This document shows positions 31,871-40,100 of a DNA stretch of 52,979 bases, one piece after another. The stretch lies in the NCBI GenBank assembly GCA_008369845.1, contig MRSU01004216.1, forward strand, positions 1-52,979, read 5' to 3'. Made by a program: the position numbers and the translations under genes. Origin of the DNA: Trichomonas gallinae (lineage: Eukaryota). The notes under the pieces are model-generated. The model was given only the letters and a program-made list of their open reading frames with translations, was not told the origin of the DNA and did no database searches. Positions within the stretch are counted from its first letter, which is position 1. Each line of letters opens with the position of its first letter.

Positions 31871-32791
31871 ATGAATTTCAACATTGACACCATTATCGAA
31901 AAACTCTGGGAGTCGAGGGAATTCTTTGATAATGGATCTGTGTTATCTAAAAAGGAGATCAAGTTCTTGTGCAATGAAGTTATGGAAGTATTCAAGTCGC
32001 AACCAGTATGTCTCGAATTAACTGCTCCTATCAGCATTTGTGGAGACATACATGGACAGTTCAATGACTTGTGCAGAATATTCGAAACAAATGGTCGTCC
32101 TGACTCTCAAAGTTATCTTTTCTTGGGAGATTATGTTGACCGTGGAGAGAACTCTATTAGCACGATATGCCTACTATTCGCTTATAAAGTTAAGTATCCG
32201 GATACATTCTTTTTATTGCGTGGCAACCACGAATCAGCCATGACAAATCGAGATTATGGCTTTAAGGGCGAATGCCTGACACGCTACTCCAACACCATCT
32301 ACACGCTATTTAACACCGTTTTCAACTGGCTCCCTTTGGTAGCCATTGTAGATAACTCGATATTCTGCGTTCACGGTGGAATTTCGCCAGAAATGAAAAA
32401 TATTGAGGATATAAAGAAGATACAGAGGCCGCTTGAAATACCCGACGAAGGGCTAATTTGCGACCTTCTTTGGTCCGACCCAGATTCGATTTCAACAGAA
32501 TGGGGTCCCAGCTCACGCCAGACATCAGTCTGTTATGGACAAAAGGCAGTTGAATCAGTCATAAACAAATTCAAATTCAATTTAATTGTCCGCTCGCATC
32601 AATCAGCTAAAGAAGGATATTCATATCCGTTTGCTCCATACAAATCAGTACTGACTGTATTCAGCGCACCAAATTATCAAAATCAAGGAAATCAAGGAGC
32701 TGTATTAAATATTTCCAACACCTTGGATACTTCATTCACTTTTGTTAAGCCATTCCACCACTATAATTCAAACTACGAATTTTTAATTTGA
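31871..32791 (+). CDS. Ser/Thr protein phosphatase, PPP family (PP1-like), 306 aa
   Basis: GDIHGQ, GDYVDRG, LRGNHE, HGG, DLLWSDP, RSHQ and SAPNY. Inr TCATT at 31853-31857 favours ATG 31871 over 31835. Confidence 0.93.
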   Translation: MNFNIDTIIEKLWESREFFDNGSVLSKKEIKFLCNEVMEVFKSQPVCLELTAPISICGDIHGQFNDLCRIFETNGRPDSQSYLFLGDYVDRGENSISTICLLFAYKVKYPDTFFLLRGNHESAMTNRDYGFKGECLTRYSNTIYTLFNTVFNWLPLVAIVDNSIFCVHGGISPEMKNIEDIKKIQRPLEIPDEGLICDLLWSDPDSISTEWGPSSRQTSVCYGQKAVESVINKFKFNLIVRSHQSAKEGYSYPFAPYKSVLTVFSAPNYQNQGNQGAVLNISNTLDTSFTFVKPFHHYNSNYEFLI

Positions 32792-33459
32792 GTTTTAATA
32801 TTATGTTTGTTTGTTGTTTATTTTAAAGCTTTTGCGTTTTAAATATGTGTAATACTATATCTAAATCAACTATATTTTATATAAAGAACCTTTAATTAAT
32901 TATCCAAACTTTATATTAAGGGACAGCCGGGGAAGATATTTCCGATAATAAAAAATATGATCATATCCTATTTTTATGTTTAAATATTAATTATTTGCAT
33001 AAGGATGAATCCAAATTATACGAACTGTAATCTTAAAACAATTTATCTAATGAAGGAAAGAATCAATTAAAATATTTTATGAATGAGAATAGAGATTCCA
33101 CTTATTTTAATACTATTGTATATATTTTCGCCAATAATTATGATTGTTTAGCATATTTTTTGAATGAAGAAATAAAATTATCAAAAAATGGCTAAAAATG
33201 ATAGAAAATACATTATATGAAGAATACATAGCAAAAACCATAAAAACATCGAGTTTTATTGTTTTTGACAGATAAAACTTTACAAATAATTTTATTTAGC
33301 ATAAAAAAATCTAAGTAAAAACTAAAGGGTCTATAGATTATGTGTGTGAAACTGGTAACGTTTAGCATAATTAAGCGAAGAAATTTTGGTGATTAAAATA
33401 TCTTTAGATTTATAATGACACAGAAATTTTATAAAAACGTATCCAATGGCTTTTATTTT

Positions 33460-33660
33460 TTAAGCCTGGGAATCAGTCATATCAGATAATGGTGTATCTT
33501 CGAGCTTCTCCTTGTTCTGAATTGTATTAGGCTGCTTTGTGAGTTTTGTCTGATGAGCTGGTGATGTAACGCTATCCTCTGGCTTGAGGTTCTTGTCGCC
33601 TGGCGGTGGAAGGCCCTTTGGTGTCCTTGGCGGTAAATTGGAATCGCCTTCCTTACACAT
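33460..33660 (-). CDS. Small Pro-rich ORF or gene remnant, 66 aa
   Basis: ATG start, GC content above the flanks, stop in TAAA context. No recognised domain. Confidence 0.3.
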   Translation of the reverse strand: MCKEGDSNLPPRTPKGLPPPGDKNLKPEDSVTSPAHQTKLTKQPNTIQNKEKLEDTPLSDMTDSQA

Positions 33661-34140
33661 TAATTTTTTTTTCCGTTATTATCGTCGCCTCTTTACATTA
33701 TTAACATATTCGGTTTAAAGCTGACATTATTCGTTTTTTTATGGTTTTGCGATTATCCACACAACCGGTGTGGTTTTATTCGGCTTATTTGAGGTCTTGG
33801 ATTTTATTATTTGGTTTTTATACGATTATAATATTGAATATAATGATTTTAGGAGATGGTGAATAATATATTAGAGTTTTGCATTATATTGCGCATATTT
33901 TATTTTTCATCAAATTAATATTAATTTGCTTTTTATCTAGCAATGAACCAAATTTTTGATCTATTTATGAACCATATTGTTTATATTTTCAATCTAGATA
34001 TCTACTAAAATTTAATCATTTTTTGATTGGATATTATTTCATATTCATAGCATTGCCAATGAGGTTATTTTTGGCAAGTTGTTTAAATGTCAATTGAAAC
34101 AGTATGAAATTAAAAAAAAAGTCAATTTTTATTAAAATAC

Positions 34141-37100
34141 TTAATCCTTCTTCACAATATTCTTCCTGACTCTAGCGAATGCCAGTTCCAAGTCTGTTGG
34201 TCCCTCCTTTGGCTGCGCTGGGAGATGCTTTGGTGATGGACGTGGTTTAGTAGCTGACATCATTGTCTCGATCATGCCGCGCTCTCTTTCCTTCTCTTGT
34301 GGTGGTGTTGCGAGTGGCGATAACGATGGCTTCCTTCCACCTGCTGTTGGAGAAGGTGTGTTGGCTGGCGGTGTTGCTGGTGGTGTTGCACCCGCGCTGG
34401 CTTGTGCTCTTGCGAGTCTGATTTCCTTCCTTGCTGCAGAAATTTCTTTGGCCGCATTAGCGATGGCAACGAAGAGAGATGTTGCGCCTGGAAGACCCCA
34501 GTTGAGGCCGAAGTTGTATGTCATGTCAGCGAGAGCATCGGTGATGATGCCTACCTGCTTAATGACGTTTGAAACTCTTCTGGCGGATGCGACGACGAAT
34601 GGTGAGATCTGTCTTCTGGCGAGAGAAGACTGGGCTGCTCTGAGTCTGCCTGTGATCGCGATCAAGTCGATCGTGGCAATGACCTTGAGCTTGTCTGCGT
34701 CGATATCGACCTCTGAGACTGCAGGCTCGATGACGTGGATGAGTTCGCGGCCGTCGTTCGTCTTCATGCCTCTGAGGTTGAAGAGTGCCTGGAGAGAGAA
34801 GGCCATAGCATCCTGTCCGTTGAGGAAGTTGCCTGCAGCGAGGAGTGTCTTGAGAAGTGTTGCGACAAACTTGGACTTAGAGACTTGCTTGATGGCGTTT
34901 TCGACCTTTGTGAGGCTGGACTGGATAATGACGATCTGGTCGTCAAATAAGTGGTGCTCGAGCATATCTTCGACTGAGCTTCTCCATCTTGGAACAGCAG
35001 CAAGAGCAACAGCGAACTTCTCAGCGTCTGTTGCGTCAGCTGGGAGCTTTGACTCTGTGAATAAGACTGACTCTGTTGGCTGAGATGGAAGGCGTCTGAG
35101 TGCTTCGAGTGTAGCGACTGAGACACAGAACTGCTCGTTCTTGATGTTCTCAGCGAGTTCTTCTGGCTTGGAGCCTGACTTCTCGAGGCACTCCTGGTAA
35201 GCGGCGGCTGACTCTGGAGTGAGGATTCTGCCCTCCTCTGGTGTCTGGCATTCGAACTGCTCTGCGAGGACGCCCTTGATATCTGCTGTTGCTGGTGTGT
35301 TCATGACTGTGTGCCAGATGCCTGTCTTGTCCTGGAGTGTCTTCCATGGCATTCTGCGTGTCTTTCCAGCAACATATGAGCTGCGGCGAGAGCCTTGCTT
35401 GGCGCCGGCTCTGCCGAGAACGCGCTGGCCTGGTGATGAAGCTCTGAAGTTCTTCTCTGAGATGACTTTGCCATCCTTGTCGAGAACTCTCTCTGTGCCG
35501 AAGCCGTCTCTTGTGATCTTTCTTTCTGTGATTGTTCCATCTGGGTTGATGATCTTTTCTGTGACTGTGCCGTCTGTGGCGTAGAGTGTCTCGCGGAGGA
35601 GCTCTGAGAGTGGTCCGTATGACCTCTCTGTGATTGTGCCATCTCTCTCGATGCGCTTCTCTGTGTAAGAGCCGTCCTTGTTGTATGTGCGCTCTGTGAT
35701 TGTGCCATCTCTCTCAACTGTTCTCTCGAGGCTTGTTCCATCTGGATTGATGATCTTCTCGGTGATTGAGCCGTCTGGGTGGACAGTCTTTGTGCGTGTG
35801 ACTTTGCCCTTCTCGTCGAAGTACTTCTCGCTGATTGAGCCGTCACTGTTGATTGTGAGCTCGACCTTGATCTTGCCATCTGGTCTGTAGATCTTCTCGA
35901 TGACTGCACCGTCCTTTGTGACGATTCTCTCTGTTGCGGAGCCGTCTGGTGCAACAGCGCGCTGGCTGATGACACCGTCTGGTCTGATGACCCTCTCAAT
36001 GACTGTGCCATCCTTGGCGATGATCTTCTCGATGATTGTGCCATCTGGCTTGAAGACTCTCTGTGGAACTGTTCCGTCAGCATTGAGTCTGCGCTCGATG
36101 ATTGATCCATCTGCACCGATGATCTTCTCTGTGATTGTGCCGTCTGGATTTGTGATTCTCTCTGGGACAGAGCCATCGGCATTGAGGAGTCTCTCGGACT
36201 TGACTGTGCCATCTGGGTTCAAGATTCTCTCAACAATGACGCCATCCTTCCTGATGATCTTCTCTGTGATTGTGCCATCTGGATTTGTGACTCTCTCTGG
36301 TACTGAGCCGTCAGCGTTAAGAAGTCTTTCTGACTTGAGAGTGCCGTCTGGGTTGAATGTGCGTTCGAGGATGATGCCATCTGGACGGAGGATTCTGTCT
36401 GTTGCTGTTCCGTCGGCGTTGTATCTCCTCTTTGGAAGAGTGCCGTCTGCGTTGAGGAGTCTTTCGAGGATTGTTCCGTCGGCCTTGAAGATCTTCTCTG
36501 TGATTGTGCCGTCCTGGTTGTTGATCCTCTCTGGGACAGATCCGTCTGCGTTGAGGAGTCTCTCGGACTTGAATGTTCCATCTGGGTTGAATGTCCTTTC
36601 GACGATGATTCCGTCCTTCCTGATGACCTTTTCTGTGATGGAGCCGTCTGGATTTGTGACTCTCTCTGGAACAGAGCCATCTGCGTTGAGAAGTCTTTCT
36701 GACTTGAGAGTGCCATCTGGATTGAGTGTGCGCTCGATAATAATTCCATCTGCGCGGGTGACCTTCTCTGTGAATGTGCCGTCTGGATTTGCGACGCGTT
36801 CTGGTACTGATCCATCGGAGTTGAGGAGTCTTTGGAGGATTGTGCCGTCTGGCTTGATGATGAGCTCTGTGATTGTTCCATCGTCGTTTGTGATTCTGAT
36901 TGGAACAGAGCCATCGTGGTTGAGGATTCTTTCCTTGAGAAGTTGGCCATCTGGTGAGTAAACTCTCTCCAAGATTGTGCCATCTTCTCTGATGATTCTC
37001 TCAACAACTGTTCCATCGGCGTTCGTTATCTTCTCTGGTGTTGTACCGTTGCTGTTGACGATCTTGTTGAGTGTGGTTCCATCTGGCTTGACGACGTCTG

Positions 37101-40100
37101 CTGTTGAGATTCCCTTTGCGTCGCAAGTTCTGACTGGAACTTTTGAGTCGTGGTTGAGGATACGCTCGAGAATTGTGCCATCGTACCTGACGATCTTTTC
37201 TGTGATTGTCTCATCTGGATTGATGACCTTGATTGGACCAGATCCGTCGTTGTTGTAGAAGACTTCCATGATTGAACCGTCGGACTTGATGATCTTGTCG
37301 ACTGTTGTGCCGTCTGGGTTGATAATTCTGAGTGGAACTGAACCGTCGTGGTTGATCAATCTTTCTCTCATGAAGGCGCCTTCTGGGCTGTATATCCTCT
37401 CGATGATAATGCCATCTTCCCTGATGACCTTCTCTGTGATTGTTCCGTCGGCGTTCTTTGTGCGCTCTGGGACAGATCCGTTGTGGTTGAGAGTGCGCTC
37501 GGCCTTGACTGAGCCGTCTGGGTTGAGTGTTCTCTCGAGGATTGTTCCGTCGGCCCTGAAGACCATCTGGATCTTGGTGCCATCTTCGAGTGTTGTTGTC
37601 TCTGGATCTGAGCCATCAGCATTAAGAAGACGAGAGGAAACAACAGTGCCGTCTGGTTTGAGGATTCTTTCGATGAGAATTCCGTCTGCTCTGACGACAA
37701 GTTCTGTGAGTGTGTTGTCTTCGTTCTCGAGGACTGTTGGATATGTTCTGTTGAAGTTGAGGAGTTTCTCGAGTGTTGATGCGTCGGCCTTCTTGATCTT
37801 CTCTGTGATTGTTGTATCTGGGTTGACAACTCTCTCCGGTGCGGTGCCGTCGGCGTTGAGGAGTCTCTCGCTTTCTGATCCATCGCTTCTGATGAGCTTC
37901 TCTTTGATTGTGCCGTCTGGATTTGTCCTTCTCTCTGGTGTAGAACCATCAGCGTTGAGGAGTCTTTCGGAGATGAGTGTTCCATCTGGATTGAGATTGC
38001 GCGCGACGATGATTCCATCAGCTCTGACGACCTTCTCGATGGTTATGCCGTCTGAATTTGTTGTGCGCTGTGGGACTGTTCCATTAGCGTTGATGAGGCG
38101 ATTGAACTCTGTGCCGTCGCCCTTCTTGAGAGTTTCTGTGAGTGTGCCATCGATGTTAACAACTCTCTTTGGCATGGACCCGTCAGCGTTAAGTGTTCTC
38201 TCGAGGATTGTTCCGTCAGCCTTCTTGACCCTTTCTGTGATTGTGCCGTCTGGATTTGTGAAATGTTCTGGTTCTGAGCCATCGAAGTTGAGGTATCTCT
38301 CGGACTTGATTGATCCATCTGGGTTGACTGTTCTTTCGACGATGATTCCATCAGCTCTGACGGCCTTGGCTGTTGTTGTGCCATCTGCGTTGGATGTCCT
38401 AGATGGTTCTGTGCCGTCAGCGTTGAGAAGTCTGCCGACTGTTGAGCCGTCTGGCCTGATGAGGAGCTCTGTGATTGTTCCGTCGTTGTTTGTGACTCTT
38501 GTTGGAACTGTGCCATCGTAGTTGAGAAGGCGTTCGGACTTGACAGAGCCGTCTGGGTTATAAGTACGCTCGATGATGATTCCATCGTTCCTGACGATTC
38601 TCTCTGTGACTGTTCCATCGCTGTTGACGATCCTGTCTGGTGTTGTTCCGTTTCTGTTGACGATCTTGTCGATTGTTGTGCCGTCCTTCTTGATGATCTT
38701 AGCTGTGTAGACGCCGGCCATGTTGGCTGTTCTAGATGGAACTGAGCCATCGTGGTTGAGGATTCTTTCAAGAATTGTGCCGTCGGACTTGACGATCTTC
38801 TCGGCGATTGTTCCGTCGTGCTTGAAGACGTTTGTTGGAACTGTTCCATCTGAGTTGTAGAAGACTTCCAGAACTGAGCCGTCGGCCTTCTTGACCTTGT
38901 CTGTGATTGTGCCATCAGCATTTCTGATGCGCTCTGGTGTAGCGCCATCAGCGTTGAGCAATCTCTCGCTCTTCAAAGCGCCACCTTCTGCGAATGTCTT
39001 CTCGACGATTGTTCCGTCGCCCTTGACGAGCTTCTCGACAGATGTTCCGTCCTGGTTTGTGACCTTCTCTGGTACAGAGCCGTCAGCGTTGAGTGTGCGC
39101 TCTGACTTGAAGATGTTGTCTGAGCCGTATGTTCTCTCGAGGATTGTTCCATCAGCCTTCTTGAGCTTCTCTATGAATGATCCATCTGGATTCTCTGTCT
39201 TTGTGGCTGGTGTTCCGTCAGCGCTCAAGAGCTTCTCGTCTCTGACTGTCTCGTCTGGATTGAGTGTCCTCTCGACGATGATTCCATCGGCGCGTGTGTA
39301 TCTCTCTGTTGTTGTTCTGTCTGGGTTCTTTGTTCTTGTTGCGTCTGTGCCGTCGTAAGAGATGTGCCACTCGAGTGTCCTTCCGTCCTTCTTGATAACT
39401 TTCTCTGTTGTTGTGCCGTCAGCGTTCGTTGATCTGACTGGGTTTGTGCCATCTCTGTTGAGGAGTCTCTCGAAGAGTGTTCCATCTGGGCGTTGGACCT
39501 TCTGTGTGATTGTGCCGTCTGGATTTGGAGATCTCTCCGGCATTGTTCCGTCGTGGTTGAAGAATCTCTTGTACTTGAGTGTGCCATTTGGATTGATTGT
39601 TCTTTCGATCATGACGCCGTCCTCTCTGAAGAGCTTCTCTGTTGCGATGCCGTCTGCCTGGACGATCTTCTCTGGGATGCTGCCATTTGCGTTGAGGAGT
39701 CTCTCCTTGGCCTGTCCGCTCTTTGGAAGGATCTTCTCGGAGATTGTGCCGTCGGCGTTGATTGATCTGCCTGGAACAGTGCCATCAGCGTTGAGGAGTC
39801 TCTCGAAGATGGATCCATCGGCCTTGATGACTTTCTCGGTGATAGTGCCATCTGGGTTGACGACTCTCTCTGGTGCGGAGCCGTCAGCGTTGAGGAGTCT
39901 CTCGGAGATAACGGTGCCGTCTGGCGAGAATGTTCTCTCGAGGATTGTGCCGTCGATTCTGACGAATCTCTCTGTGACCGAGCCGTCTTCGTTGACGATG
40001 CGGCGTGGAATCTGGGCCTGTGTGTCAGCGAGTGTTCCATCGGCTGTGAAGTTGCGCTCTGTGCTGGATCCATCTGGCTTGATTGTCTTCTCTCTGTATG

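Noticed and set aside
32916..32935. TTAAGGGACAG resembling a TTAA-targeting (Kolobok-like) transposon terminus
   Set aside because: No partner inverted terminus or transposase ORF found in the window.
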